Below, one piece after another: positions 38,105 through 46,861 of a DNA stretch of 64,000 nucleotides. The number at the start of each line of letters is the position of its first letter. Position 1 is the first letter of the stretch. Position numbers and translations under genes: made by a program. Source of the DNA: Sneathiellaceae bacterium (lineage in GTDB: Bacteria > Pseudomonadota > Alphaproteobacteria > Ferrovibrionales > Ferrovibrionaceae); contig JAVJON010000066.1 of NCBI GenBank assembly GCA_040216765.1, forward strand, positions 20,661 through 84,660, in the 5' to 3' direction. The notes under the pieces were generated by a model that was given only the letters and a program-made list of their open reading frames with translations, searched no databases and was not told the DNA's origin.

Positions 38105-40554
38105 CCGCGACCGCTCCACTTGCCGATGGACTGCGGCCCCTATGGCCGGCAGAACCGGGCGGACGGCCGGACCGGGCACGGCTGCGCGCGCGGATCGGCG
38201 GTCTGCATTGCTCGCTCTGCACCGGCACCATCGAGAAGGCTCTTGGCCGCCAGGCGGGTGTCCATCGCGTCTCTGTCAGCCTGACGCATGAGCAGGCGCT
38301 GATCGAGTTCGACCCGCGGGCGGCGAACCCCGAGGCGTTGCTGCGCATCCTGCAGGACATCGGCTACACCATCCACGACCCGAACAAGCTGCGCCCCTTT
38401 GATGAAGAGGAGCGCGAACTGGTCCTGGAGGGGCGGCGCTTCCTGATCGCGACGATCTGCAGCCTGCTGTCGATCGCGCTGATCACGGAGCCGGGCGGGC
38501 CCCTGTCCATTGTTCTGCCCGGATTGGCGACAGCCAGCCTGACGGCCTTCGTGTTCCTGGTCCTGCGGGCCAGGGGCGTGCTGCCGGCCCTGGCCGGTGC
38601 GGCCTGCCTGGGCGCGTCGGCGACCGGCCTGCTGCTGCTGGCCGGCGGCGGGCATCTCAGTGTCTTCGCGCCATGGCTGACCGGCGCCCTCGCCGCGATT
38701 CTGGTGTTCGGTGTCGCCCGGCACATCCTGTTCATGGCAGCCCAGGCCCTGCGCCGTGGCATCCTCAACCAGCATGTCCTGCTGGAGGCCGGCGCGATGG
38801 CGGGCATCGTCGGGGGCCTGATCGGCCTGGCGCTGGACCGGCCCGGCTATCCGACCGCCCCGTTCTTTGCTGTGGCTACGATGGTCGTCACCTATCACAT
38901 CTTCTCGGAATGGCTGTCGCTGATCGTCAAGACCCGCTCGTCGCAGTCGGTCAAGCGTCTGCTCGACCTGCAGCCCGACACCGCCCATCTGCTGAGGCAG
39001 GGGACGGAACAGGTTGTACCGGTCCGCGACCTCGCCATTGGCGATCTGCTGCGCGTCCGGCCGGGCGAGCGCATCCCGGTCGACGGCACGATCACCGAGG
39101 GGCGTTCCGCCGTCGACCGGTCGCTGGTGACCGGCGAACCGATACCCGTTGCCTGCCGGACCGGCGACTCGGTGATCGGCGGCACGGTGAACGGCACCGG
39201 AAGCCTGGTGGTGCGCGCCGACAGCATCGGGCAGGACAGCTTCCTGCAGCGCGTCGCCCGGGAAATCGAGCATGCGCGTGCGCTGAAGCCGGGCCTGCTG
39301 CATCTCGTCGACAGGGTGCTCCGCATATACACCCCCACGGTGCTGACTATTGCCCTTCTCGCCTTTGCGGGCTGGGCGGCCCTGCCACTGCTTCTCGGCC
39401 TGGCGCCGGACCTGAAACGGGCCGTTTTCGCCAGCCTGAGCGTGCTGGTGATGGGCTATCCCTGCGCGGTCGGGATCTCGGCGCCGCTATCGATCGTCCG
39501 CGGCGCCGGCGAGGCGGCGGAGAAGGGCATCCTGATGCGCACCGGCGAGGCCTTTCAGGGATACCGCCTAGTGCGGCAGATCGCCTTCGACAAAACCGGA
39601 ACATTGACCGAGGGCCGGCCGAAGCTCCACGAGGTCGAGTCCTGTACCGGCGATCGCGAGGAACTGCTGGCCCTGGCCGCGGCAGCCGAGGCTGCCTCTG
39701 AGCATCCGCTCGCCCGCGCGGTGATCGAGGCCTGTTTCGAGGCCGGCCTGACGCCGCCGGCGGTCGACGGCTTCGAGGCCCTTCCCGGGGAAGGGATCAG
39801 GGCGCATGTCGCTGCGGCCGAGATCCTGATCGGTCGCCCCGATCTCATGCAGGCGCATGGCATCGCCGTTCCGGACCGGCTGCGTCGTCGTGTCGAGGTG
39901 CTCCAGGACCGGGGACGAACGGTGATCCTTGTGGCGCGCGAGGGCATGCTGCTGGGGCTGCTGGCCCTTGGCGACAGTTTGCGCCGGGACGCACAGGAGA
40001 CTGTCGAAAGGCTGCGCACCGGCGGCATCCGGCCGATTCTGATCACAGGCGACAACCGGCGAGCCGCCGACCGCCTGGCACGTGAACTCGGCATCGATGA
40101 GGTCCATGCGAACGTTCTGCCCGGGCAGAAGGCCGCACTGATCCGTGATCTCCAGGCTGGCGGCCGGACAGCCATGGTCGGCGACGGAATCAACGATGCA
40201 CCCGCTCTCATGCAGGCGGATATCGGCATCGCCATGGGCTCGGGCACCGACATCGCGATCGATTCCGCCGACATCATCATCCTCAACGACCGGCTCGCCA
40301 GTATCCCTGCGGCGCAGGAAATCAGCCGCAGCGGCTACCGCAAGATGCTCCAGAACATCTCGCTGGCCTTCCTGTTCAACGGCATCGGTGTGCCGCTGGC
40401 GGCGACCGGGCTGGTCTATCCGGTGTGGGCCATGGTCGCCATGGCTGCCAGCGTGACGGCAATCTTCGTCAATTCGCTCTGGCGGCGCCCCGGGCTGTTT
40501 CTCGACGCGATCGGAAGTGTCGGCGCTCCGGCGATCGGGAGCGGTCCCGCTTGA
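38101..40554 (+). CDS. P1B-type heavy-metal-translocating ATPase with one N-terminal HMA domain and an atypical TM4 motif YPC
   Basis: [10 protein letters not shown] (HMA), [29 protein letters not shown]4 reads [12 protein letters not shown] instead of CPC/CPH/SPC. The GTG start at 38101 overlaps the merR stop (GTGA). Confidence 0.9.
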   Translation: MTATAPLADGLRPLWPAEPGGRPDRARLRARIGGLHCSLCTGTIEKALGRQAGVHRVSVSLTHEQALIEFDPRAANPEALLRILQDIGYTIHDPNKLRPFDEEERELVLEGRRFLIATICSLLSIALITEPGGPLSIVLPGLATASLTAFVFLVLRARGVLPALAGAACLGASATGLLLLAGGGHLSVFAPWLTGALAAILVFGVARHILFMAAQALRRGILNQHVLLEAGAMAGIVGGLIGLALDRPGYPTAPFFAVATMVVTYHIFSEWLSLIVKTRSSQSVKRLLDLQPDTAHLLRQGTEQVVPVRDLAIGDLLRVRPGERIPVDGTITEGRSAVDRSLVTGEPIPVACRTGDSVIGGTVNGTGSLVVRADSIGQDSFLQRVAREIEHARALKPGLLHLVDRVLRIYTPTVLTIALLAFAGWAALPLLLGLAPDLKRAVFASLSVLVMGYPCAVGISAPLSIVRGAGEAAEKGILMRTGEAFQGYRLVRQIAFDKTGTLTEGRPKLHEVESCTGDREELLALAAAAEAASEHPLARAVIEACFEAGLTPPAVDGFEALPGEGIRAHVAAAEILIGRPDLMQAHGIAVPDRLRRRVEVLQDRGRTVILVAREGMLLGLLALGDSLRRDAQETVERLRTGGIRPILITGDNRRAADRLARELGIDEVHANVLPGQKAALIRDLQAGGRTAMVGDGINDAPALMQADIGIAMGSGTDIAIDSADIIILNDRLASIPAAQEISRSGYRKMLQNISLAFLFNGIGVPLAATGLVYPVWAMVAMAASVTAIFVNSLWRRPGLFLDAIGSVGAPAIGSGPA

Positions 40555-41276
40555 CCGGCGCCGAAGCGCTCCTGCAGGACATCTCGTCCCTCTCGCCGCT
40601 TGCCCTGGCACTTGTCGCCGCAGCGGGGCTGGTGGTCGGCGTCGCTCCAAGTTCCTTTCCGCTTCTGTCCGTGGCCATCGGTCTGACCGTCCAACAGCGG
40701 GAAAGCAGGCTGGCGGGCGGCTGGCGGGCCAGCCTGCGGCTCACCGCCGGATTCGCGCTGGGCATCGCCCTGGTCGATGCGGCATTGGGCGCCCTGTTCG
40801 GCCTGGCCGGCTTTGCTGTCCTCAGAATTCTGGCGAGCTATCTGGCACTGGCCTACCTTCTGATCGCGGCGTTCACCGCCTTTGCCGGTCTGGCGCTGCT
40901 TCGTGTCGTCATCGTCTCGCTGCCCGTACTGCAGCCCGCGGCGCAGCCTGCCGGCGGCTTCCTGCGAAGCCTGCTCCTGGGCCTGCCGTTCGGACTGTCG
41001 ACCTGTCCAGCCTGCACACCTTTGCTCCTGCCCGTGCTGGCCACCGCCGCGGCGACCGGCGACCCGGCCCTGGGCGCCGCCCTGCTGGGCATGTTCGGTA
41101 TCGCCCGCGGCATCCCGCTGGTGGTCGCGGGCCTGGCGGCGCGCAGCCTTTTCCGCACCGACCGCTCCGCCAGGTTCGTTGTCATCGCCGAGCATATTGC
41201 CGCCGCCTTGATGTTCGGCGCGGCGGCCTACTTCGCCTATCAGGCGTTGCGCTATGCGGGATGGCTCGCCCCGTAG
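40551..41276 (+). CDS. CcdA/DsbD_2-like 6-TM membrane protein with a single CPAC motif
   Basis: Topology and sequence resemble the CcdA at 29037-29777. The first conserved Cys motif is replaced by APSSFPLL and the second by [13 protein letters not shown] putative TTG start overlaps the ATPase stop (TTGA). Confidence 0.7.
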   Translation: MTGAEALLQDISSLSPLALALVAAAGLVVGVAPSSFPLLSVAIGLTVQQRESRLAGGWRASLRLTAGFALGIALVDAALGALFGLAGFAVLRILASYLALAYLLIAAFTAFAGLALLRVVIVSLPVLQPAAQPAGGFLRSLLLGLPFGLSTCPACTPLLLPVLATAAATGDPALGAALLGMFGIARGIPLVVAGLAARSLFRTDRSARFVVIAEHIAAALMFGAAAYFAYQALRYAGWLAP

Positions 41277-41375
41277 GCCCCCCATCGGCCGGCCCTCTGC
41301 AGGCTCGGCAACGTCGGGACGGGCGCCCCCATATCATCGCAGGGAAGCAAATCTGGAAATCTTGGCCGACTTGAA

Positions 41376-42068
41376 GTGACCTCATCCTTCGACCGTGTTC
41401 GGACACTGTTCCTGGCCTGTAGCGCAGTCTTGCTGCTGCTGGTTTATTGGGCGGCGCCGGCCAATGCCATGGTCGATGGCCGGCATGCCGTGCACATGAC
41501 ACTCTCGACGGCGGCCATGACCTGCCACCCCGACAATGCGGCCACAGCTGACAATCATCCCGCGGGCGACCCTGCCGAAGAAGGCGCGGCCGCAGCGGAC
41601 CAGGACGGGGATCATCACGGCGGCGGCGCACACCGGGACACAGGCTCCTGCTGCGCGGTCGGCTGCCTCTCCGGTCTCCTGCCCGCCGCCCCGACCGAAG
41701 CGCAGCGGGCAGCCGCCTCCGCGACTGGTCGCGATGGCCCGACAGGCATCCGCCGCGGGCCGGCTTCGCTTCCCCTTATCGCCCTCCTCGCGCCGAGTCT
41801 GAGCCGACGCCGGCCTGAGTCCGCCCTCCGCGGGCACAGGTCGGCCGGGAGTACGGCGCTATCGGCGCCGAAAAGCCCGCCGCCGCTTTCGCCTTGGCGA
41901 CCATCCCGCGGCCGTTCTGGCCGTAAGGCGGGATTCCGCCTGGCAGCGAAGTCGCACCTGGAAGCCCGGCTCCAGCACAGGATCACGGCGGCTTGCCGAA
42001 TGCCGGCACCCTCCGTGACAGGCGCTACTGCGCGTATCTGCGCGACAATGGATGGATCGACCCGATGA
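41376..42068 (+). CDS. small exported His-rich CC-x3-C protein (paralog of 23984-24388); the 3' extent is probably artefactual
   Basis: GTG start; MTSSFDRVRTLFLACSAVLLLLVYWAAPANA; DGDHHGGGAHRD; SCCAVGCLSGLLP. The homolog ends ~50 aa after this motif, whereas this ORF runs on for ~130 aa of low-complexity sequence. Confidence 0.4.
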   Translation: MTSSFDRVRTLFLACSAVLLLLVYWAAPANAMVDGRHAVHMTLSTAAMTCHPDNAATADNHPAGDPAEEGAAAADQDGDHHGGGAHRDTGSCCAVGCLSGLLPAAPTEAQRAAASATGRDGPTGIRRGPASLPLIALLAPSLSRRRPESALRGHRSAGSTALSAPKSPPPLSPWRPSRGRSGRKAGFRLAAKSHLEARLQHRITAACRMPAPSVTGATARICATMDGSTR

Positions 42069-42100
42069 AGATCAGAACCGAGCGAGATCGCTTTTCGACA

Positions 42101-42280
42101 ATGAAGCTGGCCTGTAGCGGCGCAATGGCGTGCGCGATGCTGGCCCTGACAATGGGAGCCCCGCAGGCCGCTGGAGGGCATGGCGGCGGGGCCGACCACG
42201 ACATGCCCGCCGGACTGACGGGGCAGGCGGCCGACGTGGCCGATGCCGACCGGACGGTGGAAATCGATCTGGCGGCCATG
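42101..42280 (+). pseudogene. 5' fragment of a cupredoxin gene (paralog of 23155-23733)
   Basis: MKLACSGAMACAMLALTMGAPQAAGGHGGGADHDMPAGLTGQAADVADADRTVEIDL parallels ...VQAAGSHDGDAHQAGSTGLMGQAAAASKADRTVDIVL. Homology then stops. Confidence 0.5.
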
Positions 42281-42447
42281 TGCCGGTCGCGACGGTCCGC
42301 CGGCTGCTCGACGAAAGGCCGGGCATCGCGGGCGTGACCTTGCCCGGCATGCCGAACGGATCGCCGGGCATGGGCGGACGCAGGTCGGCCCCGTTCCAGA
42401 TCTACGAAATCGGTCCCGCCCCCATGCGGATCTATGCTGTCGAGTGA
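42274..42447 (+). pseudogene. 3' fragment of a copG/DUF411 gene
   Basis: GHVPVATVRRLLDERPGIAGVTLPGMPNGSPGMGGRRSAPFQIYEIGPAPMRIYAVE matches the last 57 aa of the intact DUF411 protein at 33053-33493. It is in a different frame from the cupredoxin fragment. Confidence 0.65.
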
Positions 42448-42585
42448 CCGGATCGCCGGCCCCGCTGCGGCGTGTCGACCGCCGGTGGAATTTGATCTGG
42501 CGCAATGCGGGGACGGCGCGTCCGGCGCAGGATGACGGGTATGCAGAGCGGATGGGCGTCTGCGCCGAAGCCGGGGAGAGACGAG

Positions 42586-43284
42586 ATGCAGGCCAGGGAT
42601 GTGATGACAGGGGCGGTGTTCACCGTCACGCCGGAGACCAGCGTGGCGGCGATCGCCGCATTGCTGCTGGAAAGGCGGATCAGCGCGGTGCCGGTGGTGG
42701 AGGGCGACGGCCGGGTCGTCGGCATCGTCAGCGAGGGCGACCTGATGCGCCGCCCGGAATCCGGGACCGAGCGGCGGCCGTCCTGGTGGCTGTCCCTGCT
42801 CTCGGAACCGCAGGACCGGGCGCTGGCCTACCTCAAGAGCCATGGCGGCACAGCCCGCGACGTGATGACCCGCGACCCGGTCACCGTCGCACCCGACGCC
42901 ACCCTCGAGCGGATCGCGGGAATCCTGGAACGCCGGCATATCAAGCGGGTGCCGGTGGTCGACGGCGGCCGGCTCGTCGGTTTGGTCAGCCGCGCCGACC
43001 TGCTGCGCGGCCTGGTCGCCCGCCAGGCGGGCCCTGTCGATGCCCGGTCGGACCCGGAGCTGAAGGCGGCGGTCGAAAAGGCCCTGTCCGGGGCCGGCCT
43101 GCGCACCGACTTCCTCAGCGTCGTCGTGACCGCGGGCACCGCGCATCTCTGGGGCGTCGTCAATTCGGACGTGGAGAAGCAGGCTGCCGGCGTCGCCGCC
43201 GGATCGGTACCCGGCATCGCCGGCATCCGCAACGAGGTCGGCATCATGCCGGCCAATGTCCGCGCGGCGCTCTGGGCCGAATAG
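42586..43284 (+). CDS. CBS-pair plus BON domain protein
   Basis: Two CBS repeats (MQARDVMTGAVFTV..., ARDVMTRDPVTV...) followed by a BON-like C-terminus (DFLSVVVTAGTAHLWGVV). Start at the ATG at 42586. Confidence 0.8.
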   Translation: MQARDVMTGAVFTVTPETSVAAIAALLLERRISAVPVVEGDGRVVGIVSEGDLMRRPESGTERRPSWWLSLLSEPQDRALAYLKSHGGTARDVMTRDPVTVAPDATLERIAGILERRHIKRVPVVDGGRLVGLVSRADLLRGLVARQAGPVDARSDPELKAAVEKALSGAGLRTDFLSVVVTAGTAHLWGVVNSDVEKQAAGVAAGSVPGIAGIRNEVGIMPANVRAALWAE

Positions 43285-43326
43285 GCATCCAGCCGCCCCG
43301 ACCTCTCCGGCCGGGCCGGCGCAGTC

Positions 43327-45015
43327 TCAGGCCGCGCGCCCGCCCCGCAGCAGGCGGCCCGGCAGGCGCCCGTCGGCGGCCAGGGCATCCTGCCCGGCGC
43401 GCCGGATCACGGTGCCGTTGACGATCACCGCGTCGATGCCGCTGGCCGCCGCAACCAGCCGGTCGGCACCGGCGGGCAGGTCGTGCACCCGGCGCAAGGA
43501 TCCGGCCCCTACCGTCGCCGGGTCGAACACCACCAGATCCGCCGGGCGGCCTTCCGCCAGCAGGCCGCGGTCGGCGATCCCGAACAGCTCCGCCGGGCGC
43601 TGGGTCAGGCCATGCACGGCCTGCTCCAGGGTCAGGGTGCCCTTCTCCCGCACCCAATAGCCCAGCAGGTGGGTCGAATAGCAGGCATCGCAGAGCTGGC
43701 TGGCATGTGCGCCCGCATCGGACAGGGCGATCACGCAATGCGGGTCGGCCAGCAACTCGGCGACCTCCGCCTGGTCGTGGTTCATGATCGGGAAGCGGAA
43801 GCGGGCGCCGAAATCGCTGTCCAGCGACATGTCGAGCGCCAGGTCGAGCGGCGCCACCCCGCGCTCCGCCGCCACCGCCGCCAGCGGCCGCTCCTCGATC
43901 CCGGGATCCTGCGGCGCCATCGAGATCACCGCACGCTCCGCCCAGCCCGACAGCGGGTTCTTCTGCCCGGCCGCCGTGTCGGCCCGGAACGCCTCGCGGA
44001 ACGCAGGGTCGGCATAGATCCCGCGCCGGCCGGCGCGGTCGGTCGCCATCGTCGCCTTGAACAGCTGCCGCACCTCGAAGGGAAAGGGCTCGTTGAAATC
44101 GAAGTCGAACATCAGCGGCCGGCAGGCGACCTGCGGCACGATGCGCAGGCCGTCACGCTGCTCCGCCGCGGTCAGGTCCAGGTGCCGGCGGTGCGAGCCG
44201 GGGCCGGACAGGCCCGCCAGCAGCGCCGTCCAGGTCACCGTCACGTCATGCTCTTCGGCGATCCGGCGGAACTGGTCGTGGAACAGGGTGCGGCCGACAG
44301 TGGCCTGCATCAGGCCCCGCCCGGCCTGCTTCATCGCGCCAACCAGGTCGGCGATCTCGTCGACCGTGGCGAAGCGGCTGGGCACCGGCTTGCCGCCGAA
44401 GCCGTGATGAGTGGCGGCATGGCTGGTCGCGAAGCCCAGCGCACCGGCCTCGCCCGCTTCCCGCGCCAGGCGGGCCATCGCGGCCACCTCGTCGGCATTG
44501 GCCGGGCGCTCCACCGCGGCCTCGCCCATCACGTTGAGGCGCAGCGGCGTATGCCCGAACAGCACGCCGACATTCACCGCCATGCCCTGGCGGTCGAGCA
44601 GGTCGAGATAGTCCGGAAAGGAGGTGAAGGGCCAGTCGCTGCCCAGCCCCGCCTCCAGCGCCTCGAAGCTCATCCCCTCGACCTTCTCCAGGGTGCGCAT
44701 GACCATGTCGCGATGCTCGGGCCGGGTCGGCGCGACGCCGAAGCCGCAATTGCCGATCACCACCGTGGTCACGCCATGCCAGGGCGAGATCGAGGCCATG
44801 CGGTCCCACAGGATCTGGGCGTCGTAATGGGTATGGACGTCGACGAAGCCGGGGCAGACCACCCGGCCCGCGGCGTCGATGGTCGCCTGCGCCTCCTCCG
44901 GCGCGCGGCCGAGCGCCACCACCCGGCCGCCGGCGATGCCGACATCGCCCTGCCAGCCGGGGCGGCCGGTGCCGTCGACGATGGTGCCGCCCGCGATCTT
45001 CAGGTCATAGGCCAT
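43327..45015 (-). CDS. N-acyl-D-amino-acid deacylase (D-aminoacylase) family amidohydrolase
   Basis: 562 aa starting MAYDLKIAGGTIVDGTG...PGFVDVHTHYD, a typical D-aminoacylase N-terminus and metal-binding motif. Confidence 0.85.
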   Translation of the reverse strand: MAYDLKIAGGTIVDGTGRPGWQGDVGIAGGRVVALGRAPEEAQATIDAAGRVVCPGFVDVHTHYDAQILWDRMASISPWHGVTTVVIGNCGFGVAPTRPEHRDMVMRTLEKVEGMSFEALEAGLGSDWPFTSFPDYLDLLDRQGMAVNVGVLFGHTPLRLNVMGEAAVERPANADEVAAMARLAREAGEAGALGFATSHAATHHGFGGKPVPSRFATVDEIADLVGAMKQAGRGLMQATVGRTLFHDQFRRIAEEHDVTVTWTALLAGLSGPGSHRRHLDLTAAEQRDGLRIVPQVACRPLMFDFDFNEPFPFEVRQLFKATMATDRAGRRGIYADPAFREAFRADTAAGQKNPLSGWAERAVISMAPQDPGIEERPLAAVAAERGVAPLDLALDMSLDSDFGARFRFPIMNHDQAEVAELLADPHCVIALSDAGAHASQLCDACYSTHLLGYWVREKGTLTLEQAVHGLTQRPAELFGIADRGLLAEGRPADLVVFDPATVGAGSLRRVHDLPAGADRLVAAASGIDAVIVNGTVIRRAGQDALAADGRLPGRLLRGGRAA

Positions 45016-45016
45016 G

Positions 45017-46147
45017 TCAGTGCCTCCCCGCCTGCGAAACAGGCTTGTCCAGGTCCAGCTTGAACAGCTCCGCGCAATTGTCGCGCAGGATCCACCGCTT
45101 CCGCTCCGGGTCGAGGTCGCGGGTATGCTCGGCCAGGATCTCCTGCGACCAGGGCCAGGTCGCGTCGGAATGCGGGAAGTCGTTCGCCCACATCAGCCGC
45201 CGGACGTTCAGCATGTCGGTCACCCGGAAGGCCGACCAGTCGTCCTGGAACGTCAGGTAGATGTTCTCGGCGAAATATTCCGACGGCAGCCGCGCCAGCT
45301 CCTGGCACTTCATCCAGTAGCGGTGGCGCTTGTAGGCATGGTCCATGCGGTACATGAAATGCGGCACCCAGCCGGCATCGGCCTCCACGCAGCAGACCTT
45401 CAGGCCAGGATGGCGCTCGAACACGCCGGAGAAGATCAGGGTGCCCAGCACGTCCTGGCAGCCGCGGATGATCGACTGGAAGGCGTTGATGCGGGGGCCG
45501 CGCGTCTTGAAGCCGTCATTCGGCCCGGTGAGGATGTGGAAGGCGAGCGGCAGGTCCAGTTCCACCGCCGTCGACCAGAACCGGTCGTAGCCCGGATCGT
45601 CGAAATCGGCCGCGCCCGGCATGCCGGACATCATCACGCCGCGAAAGCCCATCTCCCTGATGCGGTGCAGTTCGGCCGCGCCCGCCGCCGGGTCCTTCAC
45701 CGCGGCCTGGCCCATGCCGATCAGCCGGCCGGGTGCCTCGGCGCAATACTCCTGGAGCCAGCGGTTGTAGGCCTCCATGCAGGCCTGGCGATAGTCGAGA
45801 TCCTTGTGGGCGCAGAGCACCATGCCGACCGAGGCATAGAGGATCTCGGCCGCCACGCCGTCGCGGTCCTGGTCCGCCAGGCGGCAGGTCGGGTCCCAGC
45901 CGGAGCGGTACATGTCCGCGAACCGCACGCCGCCCATGCGCAGCTCCGCCGGGTCCTTGCCGGCCGCCGCCACCAGCCCCATCGGGATCGGGCGGTCCTC
46001 CAGGCCGGGGATCAGGTAGACGGCGCCGCGCGTCTCGTCCTCCACCAGATAGGGCGCGCGATCGCGGAACGCCGGATCGATGAAGCGGCTGTAGCAGTCC
46101 GGCGGCTCGGTGATGTGGGAATCGGCCGAGATCGGCTTGAAATCCAT
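45017..46147 (-). CDS. amidohydrolase_2 (ACMSD/decarboxylase-like) family protein
   Basis: MDFKPISADSHITEP... and ...MWANDFPHSD motifs of the amidohydrolase-2 family. Start at the ATG at 46147. The stop abuts the next gene's start. Confidence 0.8.
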   Translation of the reverse strand: MDFKPISADSHITEPPDCYSRFIDPAFRDRAPYLVEDETRGAVYLIPGLEDRPIPMGLVAAAGKDPAELRMGGVRFADMYRSGWDPTCRLADQDRDGVAAEILYASVGMVLCAHKDLDYRQACMEAYNRWLQEYCAEAPGRLIGMGQAAVKDPAAGAAELHRIREMGFRGVMMSGMPGAADFDDPGYDRFWSTAVELDLPLAFHILTGPNDGFKTRGPRINAFQSIIRGCQDVLGTLIFSGVFERHPGLKVCCVEADAGWVPHFMYRMDHAYKRHRYWMKCQELARLPSEYFAENIYLTFQDDWSAFRVTDMLNVRRLMWANDFPHSDATWPWSQEILAEHTRDLDPERKRWILRDNCAELFKLDLDKPVSQAGRH

Positions 46148-46281
46148 GCGGGTCCCTCCCTGCGCACCGTCTCCGCGGCGCCTGACAGACGTCAGGAGAG
46201 TAGGCGCCGCGGTCAATTCCGCACAAGGGCGGGCAGACTTTCCCAAACCATCCGGTGATCGCGATGAGAACGGAACGACCG

Positions 46282-46572
46282 TCAGTTCAAGCCGGGATCC
46301 AGATCCTGCCGGCCGAGGATGCGGACGACCAGCACGCGAGCCTCGTCGATCCGGTAGTAGATGACGTGACTCTCGTAGACGCTGCGGCGATATCCTGGCC
46401 GGATATGCTCTACGCTTGGGTAGAGCAACGGAGTCTCGGCGATCCGTGCAATCCGGGCCACAATCCCTTGCTGATAGCGCCTTGCCTGGACCTGACCGAA
46501 GGTCCTCAGGCCATAGAGAGCGATCTCCTCCAGATCTGCGGCAGCGGCTTTCGAGAGCCGGACCTCAGCCAT
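46282..46572 (-). CDS. parE: type II toxin, ParE/RelE family
   Basis: ~96 aa, MAEVRLSKAAAADLEEIALYGL...VIYYRIDEARVLVVRILGRQD, a ParE pattern. 8-nt overlap with the antitoxin. Confidence 0.8.
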   Translation of the reverse strand: MAEVRLSKAAAADLEEIALYGLRTFGQVQARRYQQGIVARIARIAETPLLYPSVEHIRPGYRRSVYESHVIYYRIDEARVLVVRILGRQDLDPGLN

Positions 46573-46816
46573 TTCCCGCTTCGTGTCGCTGTCGGGCTGA
46601 GGCAAAGATGTCCTCGACCGAACGATCGCTGATCCCGCTCTCCTCCCCTTCGATCAAGGCGCGACGCAACGCCGCCAGCTTGACCTCATGCTCCTCCAGG
46701 AGTCGCAGTCCGGCCCGCACGACTTCGCTCGTGGAACTGTAGCGGCCATCTGCAAGCTGCTTGCCGACAAAAGCCTCGAAGTGATCGCCCAACGTGATGG
46801 AGGTATTCTTGGCCAT
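46565..46816 (-). CDS. parD: type II antitoxin, ParD family (RHH)
   Basis: MAKNTSITLGDHFEAFVGKQLADGRYSSTSEVVRAGLRLLEEHE, the canonical ParD/CopG-RHH N-terminus. Confidence 0.8.
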   Translation of the reverse strand: MAKNTSITLGDHFEAFVGKQLADGRYSSTSEVVRAGLRLLEEHEVKLAALRRALIEGEESGISDRSVEDIFASARQRHEAGNG

Positions 46817-46861
46817 GGTATAGCCCCCGGTTCGGATACCAACAAATACCATATTTCGGTA

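Noticed and set aside
42016-42060. RRYCAYLRDNGWI, resembling the CDCCENYADYLRENGF motif of DUF411. Possibly a third copG fragment.
   Set aside because: Similarity is limited to ~8 residues and the CxCC cysteines are missing. It lies inside the run-on frame of the leader paralog. Too weak to call.
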